NCBI GenBank assembly: GCA_000002435.2
Contig: CM018790.1
Length of the DNA stretch: 64,000 nucleotides
Origin: Giardia intestinalis
Lineage: Eukaryota
Direction: 5' to 3' (one strand)
A program made the position numbers and the translations under genes. The stretch's first letter is position 1. Every line of letters begins with the position of its first letter. Positions 13,101-20,951 of this stretch are shown piece after piece. A model generated the notes under the pieces. That model saw only the letters and a list, made by a program, of their open reading frames with translations. It did not search any database and was not told the origin of the DNA.

Positions 13101-16100
13101 CGCCGACTCGTCCACGGCAAGGAGAGACCCTAAGACGTTGAGATACTGATAGATATCGACAAGGAGGCCCTTTATCTTTAGTCCCAGGAGAAACTCGGGG
13201 GTTCCAAAGTTCGCTAGCGCAATCTTAGCCTCGAAGAGCTTGCTGGAAAACTTAGAAAGATACTGGTCGACACGACTCTTGCAGGCGGCCAGGGCCTGGG
13301 TCGATGCGGTGGCGTCCTTCACCTGGTAAAGGGCATAGTCAATCTGCGCAGTCATCATGACGGCGAAAGAGATGCAGAGCATTTCTCCGGAGAGCGCGCT
13401 GATGGGAAGGGACTCAGAGATTGCCGCTTGGAAGTCTTTGAAGCCATAGAAGTCCTTGTCAGAGTAGCTATATGGAGACACCGATGCCTGCACCGAAACA
13501 CACGAGGTGATAATATCAAAAGGCGAGGCTTCCGAAAGCGCAGATTGAACCATCGAGGCGTTGCTCTGTGCGGGGAACACAAGCTCATTAATAGGGAGCG
13601 AGGCAATAGGCTTGAGGCAGCCGTCGCCCCGAATCTTCAAGGCCTTCAAAAGCTGGTTGCGAAGAGTTTCTCTATGGGCGGTATCGAAACGATTCAGCCA
13701 GAGCTCCGGCTGGTCTGTAGGCAATATGGAGACTGCGGTGGATAAACTAATGTGCTCACCCTCCGAAGAAACAAAACCCTTTATGAAGTTCTGCTTTTGT
13801 CCAGTTGCCATAACCAGTGGCTCTCCAAAGACCAACGTTTCAATGGCAGAAAAGAGCTTTTTGATGTGCGGGCGGAGGGTCTCTTCTGGCTTGGCGCTTC
13901 CAGTGGAAAGGATCTCGAGCACATCCGAGTCTGCCAGGAAGTAGAACCGGGGAAACAAAATGCGCTTTTGCTCCAGGTACTTGCGCAAGCTAGTTTGAAT
14001 GTCGGCAAGGAGACAGCTGACAAGCTCAATGGTGACAATGACGTCCTTATAGAGCCCAAGGAATGCATTGTCTGCGGTAGAAGGTGAGAGCCCAGCGGCA
14101 TGTGATTGCAAGGCCCCAGCAGAGTAGGGAACCGGGGCCTTAATAATGCTGATGAGTGACAGAGTAACACCGCGAGAATGCGGAAGTTGGGCAGATGATG
14201 GGTCCTGCTCGCTGGGTGCAGAAAATGAAGACCCACAGCATGCCACCTCAACTAGTTCGTCGCAGTCGGCTAAGAGAATGCTGTACAAAACACGCAGGCT
14301 GTCGTAGAACTTCTTCTCCTCTGCAACAAGCACCCTTCGCCCCATTACAGGCTCCAGAATACTTATCTGCTTGGCTATTGTGACCATGACATGACCCAGG
14401 CGCGTGTAGCTATCAATTATGGCGGTGCAGTCGTCGATCTGGTTCTTCAGTGACTTGGAATATGGATTGGTCGAAACAGCCATGATTATTGCTCTTTTCT
14501 CGACCAGCTGCGAAAAGAGGTGCTTCCAGACCGCAGACAGAGGGATCAGTGTTAGACCCGTCTTCTTGTTCAGACCAAGCTCAACCGAGCACAGCTCCTC
14601 TTGCGCCAAAGGCGTTAGCTCGTGGAGGGCAAAGAGGAGCTTTGCCTCCGATGCAAGCCAGTAGGAGGTCTCCTCGACCGCCGCTCGAATGCTGGTCTCA
14701 TTTTCGGCACGAACACATACCTCACGAATTATGCTTATGGTCTTCTTGTACTCCGTTGTTTGAGGATTCTCTGCGGAGATATTTCCTCGGTTTGTAAACA
14801 AGCAAACTGCGGCTAGGAAAAGAACCTGGCACCCATTCATGGTGTCCACAATTGAGGCTGCGACAGTATCGGCCTTCAAGGCAAAGTACTTTATTATGGA
14901 GCCAAGATTGGTCTTTTCGATGATCTCACGGTAATGGGCTTGGGTCAAGGAGTTGCTACGGAGGGCTTTGAATACACTTAGTGACTGGCTAAACAATGCC
15001 GCCACAAAGGTGAGGTAGAGAGTCGCGGCCTGCTTCAAGCTGCTGATGGACTCAAGCGTCAATGCACTCCCTCGCAGGTCCACAGCCCCTAGGAGGTCGG
15101 AGATATCTGTTATCTCAGAAAGGAACTTCTCCCGGCATGCCAGGGCCTTTGTCTGGATAAAGTCTGCCATGTCAAGTCTATTTTTGACGATGCTCCACTC
15201 CAGCCGCATGAATGCAGAGCACCCCGCCTCCAGTTCAACTAGTATGGGAAGAAAGCCAGAAAACGCGTCCTTGAAGGCAGAAATTATTGCAACGCTGTTC
15301 TTGAGCTGCTTAGCGCTTTCCGTGGGAAGCATGGACATGTAGTCGACGTTGAAGATGGAGAGAGCCTCGGACGAGAGGGTTTGCATAGTGGCAAGTATCT
15401 CGGCCACGTTCTGGCGGACCTCATCGAAGAGCAACGAGTAAGCACACGCCGCTTTTCCGCCATAGATGACTCCATTTTCTGCGTCGGTCCTGGTGAAAAA
15501 GAGCACTTTGAAGAAGGAATTAAACTCAGCAAGATCGGCAGGAGCACGCACGCTAGTGTTTGCATCGCAGTAGGCGGTGAACTCCTGAATGCCCGCAGTT
15601 AGCTGCGCCAGAACATCCTTGGACTTGCTCAGGAGAGAGGCCTCGCCGCTGCCGGCTAGCTTGTCCACTAAAATGTCCCAGAACTCCTTCTTCTTCGCCT
15701 CCAGCTCTGACTCGATGTTGTTCAGCCTGTTAGACAAAGAGAGAAATGAGGCGTCTGCGGCGTCAATGAGAGAGAGCACATTTTCATAGAAGGCGCTAGA
15801 AAGCAGGATAACAGCCTTAAATCCCAGCATCTCCTCGTGCACTTTCTTCAACTTACCTTTCAGCAGGGTATGGGCGTCCTGGAAGAAGGCCGTGAAGTCT
15901 GTGAAGTCATCAGAGCTGGCAAAAGCCCCGTGAATAGCGTCGCAACGCTTCGTGAAGCCAGAGCACTCCGTGCTTATCTTGTCGGCTGCCTGCTCAGCAA
16001 AGTAGCTCGCCGCGGCTACGGCGACGTCTAGGATGGCTGCAGGCTTCTTATTCACGAGGCGGATTGCATGCTCTATGTTAACCGTGATCACCCCGTTGGA

Positions 16101-18479
16101 AGGAGACACGTTGTAGATGTGCTTCTCTGACCCTGGCTGCGGGATCAGAAAAGGCAGGTTGGCAAGAAGAAGATCCTCGGGCTGGCTTACTTGTGACATG
16201 TAAGATTGACTCAGGTCTGCCAGCCGTTTGCAGTTTTCTAGAGTCTGGAGTCTTTCTGCACAGGCCTTCGGGTTTTGGGCGCCAGAAAGCAGGACCAGCG
16301 CGCATTCTCTTTGGATAAAAGCCTCCATTTGGTGGAGGTGCGCGGCTATCTTGCTGATATTCACCAAAGCCCCCGGAAGCGTGTTAACGGATAACGCGCG
16401 CATGTCGCTGATGAGTTTCACTAGCGCGGGGTCATCCGACAGGTGGAAGTTCGAGTTGGCAGGAAGGTCCACGACAGACATTAGCTGCCTGAGCAAATAT
16501 TCCTTGACACTGTCTGGAGAGAGGGTGAGAGCACCGGTTGTCTGGTTGATTCCGATCGGGGTGGGCAAGGGGGTTAGCAGAGAAAGGTCAGAAGACAGCG
16601 CGCCACAATACTTGGCTGCAAGTACCTTCGCCACGCATCCAGTCCAATACTGCACAACCGTGAAACCGCACGGCTCCGGTAAGTTGGCAATGAAGCCCGA
16701 GATGAGGTTTTTCAGAGAAGACATTGCCTCGGTCCAGCGCAACTGCCCAGAGATCAGGGACACTCTGGATATAGACACGAGGATATCCATACCCTTCTTG
16801 TGGAAGTCGTCTAGTTTTCCCAGGCTCTCCTTAAACCGGGCATGGATCTTCCGGATGTGCTCACTAATCTTAGCAAAACGAGGTACAGGGTTAGAGGGAT
16901 CCTGCGAGCTCTCGGCAGATGCAATGTCACATGTGATCTGCTGGAACGGCTGGATGTTTGATTGTTGGATTGCCTTCTGTAACTCCGTGTCATAGACCTG
17001 AGCGGCTTTAAGAATGGTGGGCTTTTGATACGGACGGATGATCTGAGAAAGTTCGTTGTAGAAGGCTGCCGCGCTCTGCAAAGTAGCGACATAGGGCGTG
17101 AGATAGGTGACGAGCTGCATGCAAGAAACAACCTCCGCGGGAAGCGCAAGCTTCTGCGGATCATACCCCAGGCCAGAAAGGAAAGTGACGAGGGCGTGGA
17201 CACCCAGCATCTTCTCAGGAAACTGGGCCACCATGTGCTTTTCCTTATTCATGTAAAGAAGCAGAATGCAATTAGGCTGCGCAGACATGGTTGAAAACCC
17301 GTTTCCAGGAGACTCGGCAAAGAGCGCGATGGATCCTTGTATGGACTTCATATATGCAGAGAGCAGCTGTCGGGCACTACGCACCGCGTCCTCTTCTGCA
17401 GTCTTGAAAAACTCAACACTCGACTGGACAGACGAGGAGAAACTTGCCAGGCTAGATACATCGGCTCCGCAGAGATCCTCCATGAATGGAAGGAGATTGG
17501 TGCTACAGGCGTTTAGGATCGATCTAGTCTGTCTTATCGTATTCAGCCTCACCATAGTGTCTGCATGGGTCCCCTCACTTAGAGAACCAAGGGTATTCCT
17601 CGCGCTGGCCATCATGTCATTAAAGGACTGGATTATGTTGGCGACGATAGTGCTGTTTGCGGGCCGCAGTGCGTCCCTGATCGACGGGCGCTTAAAGAGA
17701 AAAGAGATCTCCGGAAATATGAAAAAGTGAGAACCAAGTGTATTCGGGTTCACAGAAGAAAGGAGCGCTAATATCTTCGTGGCAACGGGGCCTTCAAGCT
17801 TCTCCAGCCTTTTATCAAAGTCTTGCAGGATGGCAGTCAAGGTCTCTGTATGCGAGAAGAATGTGTCTGGAATAAAAAGGGACTCTAGCGCCGGTTGCTC
17901 TTCGGGCAGGAGCTTGTTGATCGCGCTCACGGTACCGTGGAGAGCGTTAAGTCCGTCGACTCTGGCCTGAATGTCTTGAATGTCCGCATCCAGGCCCGCA
18001 TCACTGACAAAGGATTGAAACGCCGGGTCACTGAAGAACAGAACTGATTGCTCGATGAGAGTAGCGCTTTGACTCAGCAAGGAGCCTGCGAAGACAGACC
18101 CCAAATAGGTCCGCAGTCCTCGGACAAGCTGCGGGGCAAAGACACGCCGCAGGAAGTCGGCCTTTCGTGCATAGGGCGGGTCCAGAGCCGAGAGAGAATT
18201 GGAGGCCTCAGTGGCGGCTGGGAGGGAGGTCAGAGGCGTCTTGCAGGCCTCTTCCATGATCTTAAGAGTCCGCAGTATTAACTGTGCTCGCTCGCCGGCA
18301 AAACCCGGCTGTTTGCTCAGGTTCGTGTAGAGACGATACTCGCTCTGAAAGGAGACCGGAGACCCGTCAGACTCCGATGTCGGCACCCTTTCGGCTTGTT
18401 CCAGGAAAGCCATGATCTCCTCGTCAGGCTCCTGGCCGCCTGCACGAACTTGGGAAAGATACTTCGAGAGAAGATCCAT
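4158..18479 (-). CDS. Dynein heavy chain, 4773 aa, single exon.
   Basis: AAA1 P-loop GPAGTGKTESTKALGG, a further P-loop GGTGSGKS, and other AAA modules. The size and architecture (N-terminal tail, six AAA modules, coiled-coil stalk) fit a dynein heavy chain. The start is a true ATG at 18479 (ctaaaaaataccATGg). Confidence 0.9.
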   Translation of the reverse strand: MDLLSKYLSQVRAGGQEPDEEIMAFLEQAERVPTSESDGSPVSFQSEYRLYTNLSKQPGFAGERAQLILRTLKIMEEACKTPLTSLPAATEASNSLSALDPPYARKADFLRRVFAPQLVRGLRTYLGSVFAGSLLSQSATLIEQSVLFFSDPAFQSFVSDAGLDADIQDIQARVDGLNALHGTVSAINKLLPEEQPALESLFIPDTFFSHTETLTAILQDFDKRLEKLEGPVATKILALLSSVNPNTLGSHFFIFPEISFLFKRPSIRDALRPANSTIVANIIQSFNDMMASARNTLGSLSEGTHADTMVRLNTIRQTRSILNACSTNLLPFMEDLCGADVSSLASFSSSVQSSVEFFKTAEEDAVRSARQLLSAYMKSIQGSIALFAESPGNGFSTMSAQPNCILLLYMNKEKHMVAQFPEKMLGVHALVTFLSGLGYDPQKLALPAEVVSCMQLVTYLTPYVATLQSAAAFYNELSQIIRPYQKPTILKAAQVYDTELQKAIQQSNIQPFQQITCDIASAESSQDPSNPVPRFAKISEHIRKIHARFKESLGKLDDFHKKGMDILVSISRVSLISGQLRWTEAMSSLKNLISGFIANLPEPCGFTVVQYWTGCVAKVLAAKYCGALSSDLSLLTPLPTPIGINQTTGALTLSPDSVKEYLLRQLMSVVDLPANSNFHLSDDPALVKLISDMRALSVNTLPGALVNISKIAAHLHQMEAFIQRECALVLLSGAQNPKACAERLQTLENCKRLADLSQSYMSQVSQPEDLLLANLPFLIPQPGSEKHIYNVSPSNGVITVNIEHAIRLVNKKPAAILDVAVAAASYFAEQAADKISTECSGFTKRCDAIHGAFASSDDFTDFTAFFQDAHTLLKGKLKKVHEEMLGFKAVILLSSAFYENVLSLIDAADASFLSLSNRLNNIESELEAKKKEFWDILVDKLAGSGEASLLSKSKDVLAQLTAGIQEFTAYCDANTSVRAPADLAEFNSFFKVLFFTRTDAENGVIYGGKAACAYSLLFDEVRQNVAEILATMQTLSSEALSIFNVDYMSMLPTESAKQLKNSVAIISAFKDAFSGFLPILVELEAGCSAFMRLEWSIVKNRLDMADFIQTKALACREKFLSEITDISDLLGAVDLRGSALTLESISSLKQAATLYLTFVAALFSQSLSVFKALRSNSLTQAHYREIIEKTNLGSIIKYFALKADTVAASIVDTMNGCQVLFLAAVCLFTNRGNISAENPQTTEYKKTISIIREVCVRAENETSIRAAVEETSYWLASEAKLLFALHELTPLAQEELCSVELGLNKKTGLTLIPLSAVWKHLFSQLVEKRAIIMAVSTNPYSKSLKNQIDDCTAIIDSYTRLGHVMVTIAKQISILEPVMGRRVLVAEEKKFYDSLRVLYSILLADCDELVEVACCGSSFSAPSEQDPSSAQLPHSRGVTLSLISIIKAPVPYSAGALQSHAAGLSPSTADNAFLGLYKDVIVTIELVSCLLADIQTSLRKYLEQKRILFPRFYFLADSDVLEILSTGSAKPEETLRPHIKKLFSAIETLVFGEPLVMATGQKQNFIKGFVSSEGEHISLSTAVSILPTDQPELWLNRFDTAHRETLRNQLLKALKIRGDGCLKPIASLPINELVFPAQSNASMVQSALSEASPFDIITSCVSVQASVSPYSYSDKDFYGFKDFQAAISESLPISALSGEMLCISFAVMMTAQIDYALYQVKDATASTQALAACKSRVDQYLSKFSSKLFEAKIALANFGTPEFLLGLKIKGLLVDIYQYLNVLGSLLAVDESAPDCFDSRRWIWTRELKYRIHKDSDDLYVFALDSITPYSYDYQGLQAKLIHTPLTFRCYNTISEAIALQLGGVLQGPAGTGKTESTKALGGKLGRTVVCFNCDTSIERSDLSRLLIGIILSGSMGCFDEINRLDSSVLSAVATDIEAIQKVILLRSGKTSLCAFGDCRNINLDENTFTLSEITVPIRAISPYASIYVTMNPASREYRGRSELPFSLTKLLRGCFMGRADTSLIIETILSTSGFVNCKELAEKCDLSYVLCARRIPKQVHLDWGLRSLQAILRQAAIVRASSFKMLSDSSAEALYGMESNVIIKCISDATLSRITGKSVEIFKEILTGVFGSRAIKQSESTIKKFGAVSSLEEELVGALPPDLREPHGIAVLQLYRALTTKMGVALLGGTGSGKSYIFSLLKDAVFKLTKGNIVIQEFLIAPKSMSRQELLGYVDPATGEWNDGALSSAARLSVQLLNSRELPCTWPIIMLDGSIDPLWIEALNSVLDDNRLLTMSSGERLRFPVNMNPLEAYFNSREVDGRLSAPLQMPLSFLFETDSLAHASPATISRLAIIVVPDTSIDDTLAHLRYQLDTNTDLSGKLSLAGFEAFFRTGLPASMKRGTAAIDVCTHMFHSGVGAALMANSGSDLQTAFVAGCIRSFFSEMKICLAAGLPGELNELTLGSAASVLAGRSIDLRGTLATPKHGDSGQAPHFHWAVLSVRNFLTAGVQIIVTGSKTCGKYTALLQAVAETTNSRGQRYKALTLDCSQLTTRQSIVDLLLSECAETQGADGNRYLKPRSVSTKILLILRDCDIVAPDEFAHIETLTFLWSLVAHGKFYTRGGTCLHISDIQVALTTKTLDAIPARLRRRMGIVFMDEDPRDAELVCGPDLFKLYSSLMKASTSLQTWQMRMVSEAETAKLKTRTMNLQEVIALPELLKSVGSLTLFSISSIKALLATEKSEVSLEKITKLLEIFLEVPIPYSQGKSAARACLKTISQVSDEKVLTYAKLGTTAQTLQRALQSDEGIPDAYFSDLSLELVTNKMRIGLLKELVSSLGDTYNGLRLYYAYLNMMQWSPPLIDTVIHEYLKLLSAVEIFLRSSAGVIILSQPHNFSMETALAGALSIGCTVMFAGTDHATPLVLRFLADRVAHGHHHIAYFMDCNTLEADPEWYALLSALSSRDILYFRNRLSAADLRSLVATFTEVSSVPNGDSMSESELATLFLNLFVRAVQPVILLNPERRSTDGIFSLVPALRRNIQLVSFELLYLDSSSIQLSTTDDILKAPIRSIAHTLPTKTVSIISGASMASNEGRNLKPLNTIEQILKIASGYVSKYLSVYKPHNTVQISYYTKIYVIYHLLKSRWTFMLNRKRERLSKGLKQLQKAQSEVDALAAQAQERTKQVEFSQKEANQALENISSRMSEANDRKLAAHALQKELSEREQGIMKDKEQADAELSTVMPVLQEATKAVQAIPSDALTEIKSFQSPPPAVSVVLEAVLVLLGHQDLSWKGMKAFLSQSGVLRTIANFDMKTASKASIHAVNKVVRNNADCFEQERIRRVSRAAAPLAKWIQANIKYAEVCTKMEPLMKAVESANRSLDSMRKEIQTINDEVAAIEAQIAGLRDDFNAKTEQLVKYKQELQQIQAKQRKGQEMLHGLRAEKLRWEEGYKQASQQLDIIDKCAVNAAILFVVAGASTDDMRESFFGSPVSAKDDDKGLTVRAAFGALLYDSVTVNRYVSYGLVASTSSLENTAIFDMLYSSSKLPRNSAPRGAADDDARDMRDMRNYNLITTIVLSHVTEATGVLTFLRNYFDQTKNQDVSVEGTTFVSAASENLANLVSIAARFGKTIVVLNCDSGSIPSVLFPYIRYSGGGYRASESAAADTPAGTGYVNTSYLLSTATTIMPVQSFKFSEVSPSFRMILVSSLDVFVPSDLSQHVLILSYAPTRKSQANLYTDRILAEWSPESLKKIEELRDSQLAFNEQLFKVEQNLLTALSAATDSATTSESLSIIDNVTLMNVLKQAEQQTLEIQKAQEGVETIQKELDAVKERILPLARDMDTCVSTFSSLQPANSLYIGDQCSVMPLLIKALQSNKPSTANPSEITADLVLATQQQFRSDTLLRLQTSVFSSDVVAASALLLRNYCPDIFTDSLFKYFTGRADSNASISVPTWVPANLTQEFRLVLSCFSSARLSTISITNSSVWSNFPAKVKVCNNLNDINQLFPDAAGRLTYVEMAALVSACRKDLISTALQLAVSRTLLKNDYAKELQFLDSIAAAIRHSAGFLQPVILYTLQGQDPTSTIPNSTPITINPGQEKAANKAIETVLEDLGGRYESWKSEQSIDTMSSAVMHTIVIKGAHLCANWLSVLPSWLMESSVSFKLKYNEELLSHVKIVLLLEPKPYIPQSLGRVGWRVCLVVDSSPKEAFLDAVRRWPTTVPSQNKTESFIRKLYALLYISTALHIILDARRLYAPRGVALDPGWSQNDLTAIISIIQDCMVRGLPASQDENVYLLGFSKRLSGLLLDAIYGVATKDSSDNALLLEFTKISYNSKAITAIFELIDKGEKAIPATVSVEGNAQSYGARDIVSAINSIPVIQYLLPPAHVLCNKSLLAGSSCFDAAQLIDGIALYVQQCYPEKPVPNYLGLPTNALLTQSLKNSITTRSLLARISIQSGTQESASDGNAIASIYDTILQLSSIYEKDVKPKLTVFATKLKEMGAFLNEAQQTDPAIARIIPIIDELHLQGNVIMSIGKVLESDFKEAAAAHSNYLLASTRIKAIASLILSRILPERWCVGITAVPCPTAPHDSPELATLRSGDPFEYLSTFLTSASSSIASAYESCRQSVNESSTMTQIELALSDMPRPAAFIEAIRRYEGIAMGQELNSIKLVASSQACNKRAHPVITLKAGSCVLQGCSLRTLIDLNVESDQLENIYVYSADNEAHLSSSAIVPFYVDQLRESRVAGIEVMHVKMSAYSKEVDEMVTLNGIYVHLSNR

Positions 18480-19304
18480 GGTATTTTTTAGGGAATTTTG
18501 CCTATGCCTCTTTCGGCTGGCTCTGTGGTAAGATCGCTCAGCCTAGTGGCAAGCGGGGAGCCACAAGGTAAAGAAAGGTAGGTGCGGGATGCTCTGGTAG
18601 CCCTAATGTTGAGGACGGAAGCGTTGCAGGGCTTGCTTGCAAGAAAGATCGAGTAGCAGCTCTGCTCTAGTGGGACACATGTTATGGCATGCTAAAGGCT
18701 GAATTCAATAAACCGATCATCGTGTGTACTGATGGTGGTTTGTATGTAAGTATATGCAAACTGCGGTTCACTATAGAAGTCAGCGCGTGGAAGCATCTAG
18801 AACGCGATCCGATGTTTCAATACGGTTCGCTCCAGACTGAATCAATGTCCCCCTTAATCACTGAACGAATTCCATACCGCAGGCGTGCCGTTGCCTCCCA
18901 GTTTCTACTGGGTCTTATGCTGTTCACCTTCGGAGTAAACTCGGAAATGCCATGATCTAGGCAGCTGACTGTCGAAATACCTGAATGAAAGCCCTTGTGT
19001 TCTTCGAGCGAGACCGACGCTGCAACACAATGAGATGCTTAGTGCGTGTTGTAAGGCTCCACTCTGACAGTAGGAGCTGCTGTGATAAGTACAGACCCTC
19101 GGGCAGCTGTCAGGCCTCTAGGTAACAGCGAGCGACCAAATGTTGGCGGATGGACATCCGCTGCTGCCTTGTCGACTCCTCGTCGGTATAGGGGAGATGG
19201 ACCGATCGGGTGACCCATAGGAGCGGCCAGGTCGCAACGGCGAGTGTACCAATCGTGTGCTTCTCAATCGGTTAAATAATCTCTTTGTTTTGCTATCCAG
19301 GGTT

Positions 19305-20945
19305 ATGGAATCGGACGATCTGCAAGGTACATGGAGCGGTGTGATCGAGGAGAAAGAGAGGGATGGCATCCTGAACGCCATGGGGTCGCCGTGTGGGCAG
19401 GGAGCTTGCTCTGTCATCTACACCCTCGACGCTCTCCCCGGCGAGGTACTAAAGGAGATTCGCACTGATATGCTTCCGAGTCATGTCCTAGAGGGCATGG
19501 AAGCGGCACTCTGCACACTGTCCCGTCTGAAACACCCCAACCTTCCTGAGTGCAAGAGGGCATTCAGGGTCTCCGACTACCTTTATCTTCAGGTGACACG
19601 CTATCACGGGTCTCTGGAGTCGCTCATGAGACTCTACAGACGCAGGAAGCAGTCCATGCCTCGCAGACTGATCCTGGAGGTGGTTCATCAGATTTCCTCT
19701 GCGCTTGCATACCTTCATGATCCAGACAAGACCGATCCAACTGGTGCTTACTTGCCGATGCTTGTCCACGGAGGCATCAAGCCTGCAAACATTCTGGTCG
19801 ATCGAGCCGAAACGCACTTTGTCCTTGCAGATACGTGTGTCTCAACAGAGGCGTTTCGCAGGCACTTATCTATGTATGCGCCACCAGAGGTCCTACTGGG
19901 GGAAGAGCCCACTCCAGCTTCCGATCTCTGGAGCCTTGGAGCGGTGCTTTACGAGATGAGCACAGGCAGCAAGCCCGTTGCTCCAGACGGTAGACGGGTC
20001 AATGAACTCCTTGAGAAGGGGTTGACACCAGACCTCTCGGGGGTCAAGGACGTGGTTATCCGCGGAATCCTCGAGCATATTCTTGTGCTCGATCCAAGGG
20101 AGCGGATCTCCGCCCGGGAACTCGCATGCATCGTTGATCTGGATGCCAAAGAGCTTGCGCTAGTGAGCCTTCTAGAAACCAGGTCTTTGAAGAAGGAGGT
20201 GCGCGTGTTCCAGGAGCAGCTCGCCGTCATGCAGCGCTCGACTGCCTCAAAAACTGCTTCTCGCCCAGTTATCTCCAGTCTGCTTGGAATGACCGAACTG
20301 ATGCAGGCCTCCGCGAACGGAGACACGAACGCTGTGCGTGCACTGGTCGACGCTGGCTCAGATCTCCGTGCGAAGGGACCCTCGGGGATGACTGCCCTCA
20401 TGCATGCCTCCAGCCATGGCCATGTGGCAGTGGTGAGGCTCCTTGTGGACCACGAGGCCCAGATGCAGGACGATAAGAGCAGGACCGCTCTAATGCTGGC
20501 CGCGCAGAACGGGCGCGTCAATGTCCTGCGCATTCTGTTAGAGCACGAGAGTTGCATGCAGGATAGTGACGGCTGGACCGCTCTGATGTACGCGGCTCAC
20601 TGGGGGCACCTAGAGGCCGCACAGCTGCTTCTGAGACACGAGGCCAAGATGAAAGATAGGCGCTGCCAGACCGCTCTCATGCTCGCAGCCGGCAATGGGA
20701 ATATCCCCCTTGTGCGTCTCCTTGACCCTCTGGAGGCGGGATTCCAGGACAAGGCCGGTCAGACTGCCCTTATGAGGGCTGCAAGCAAAGGACATGTTGG
20801 TGCGGTTCAGCTGCTACTGGAGCACGAGAAGGGGCTGTGTGATGCTACTGGGAAGACGGCCTTGGGATGGGCGAGCGAGTTCAACCGCAGCGATGCTGTC
20901 CGCATCCTTGAACTGTGTCTCCAGGAGAGCACTGCGCCGCCCTAG
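19305..20945 (+). CDS. NEK-family protein kinase-like protein with C-terminal ankyrin repeats. It is predicted to be catalytically inactive (pseudokinase). The track ORF starts at a GTG at 19257; the first in-frame ATG is at 19305 (MESDDLQG...).
   Basis: Kinase fold motifs VLKEI, HGGIKPANILVD (HRD replaced by HGG), LADTCVS (DFG replaced by ADT) and YAPPEV, followed by 7 or more ankyrin repeats (TALMHAS.HGHV..VRLLV). Confidence 0.8.
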   Translation: MESDDLQGTWSGVIEEKERDGILNAMGSPCGQGACSVIYTLDALPGEVLKEIRTDMLPSHVLEGMEAALCTLSRLKHPNLPECKRAFRVSDYLYLQVTRYHGSLESLMRLYRRRKQSMPRRLILEVVHQISSALAYLHDPDKTDPTGAYLPMLVHGGIKPANILVDRAETHFVLADTCVSTEAFRRHLSMYAPPEVLLGEEPTPASDLWSLGAVLYEMSTGSKPVAPDGRRVNELLEKGLTPDLSGVKDVVIRGILEHILVLDPRERISARELACIVDLDAKELALVSLLETRSLKKEVRVFQEQLAVMQRSTASKTASRPVISSLLGMTELMQASANGDTNAVRALVDAGSDLRAKGPSGMTALMHASSHGHVAVVRLLVDHEAQMQDDKSRTALMLAAQNGRVNVLRILLEHESCMQDSDGWTALMYAAHWGHLEAAQLLLRHEAKMKDRRCQTALMLAAGNGNIPLVRLLDPLEAGFQDKAGQTALMRAASKGHVGAVQLLLEHEKGLCDATGKTALGWASEFNRSDAVRILELCLQESTAPP

Positions 20946-20951
20946 TCCATA

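Noticed and set aside
19257-19304. Track-annotated N-terminal extensions beginning with M at 19257, 30538, 42983, 44176, 56864 and 63897.
   Set aside because: The underlying codons are GTG, TTG or CTG (bacterial start table) and not ATG. I re-anchored to in-frame ATGs or treated the frames as internal or partial.
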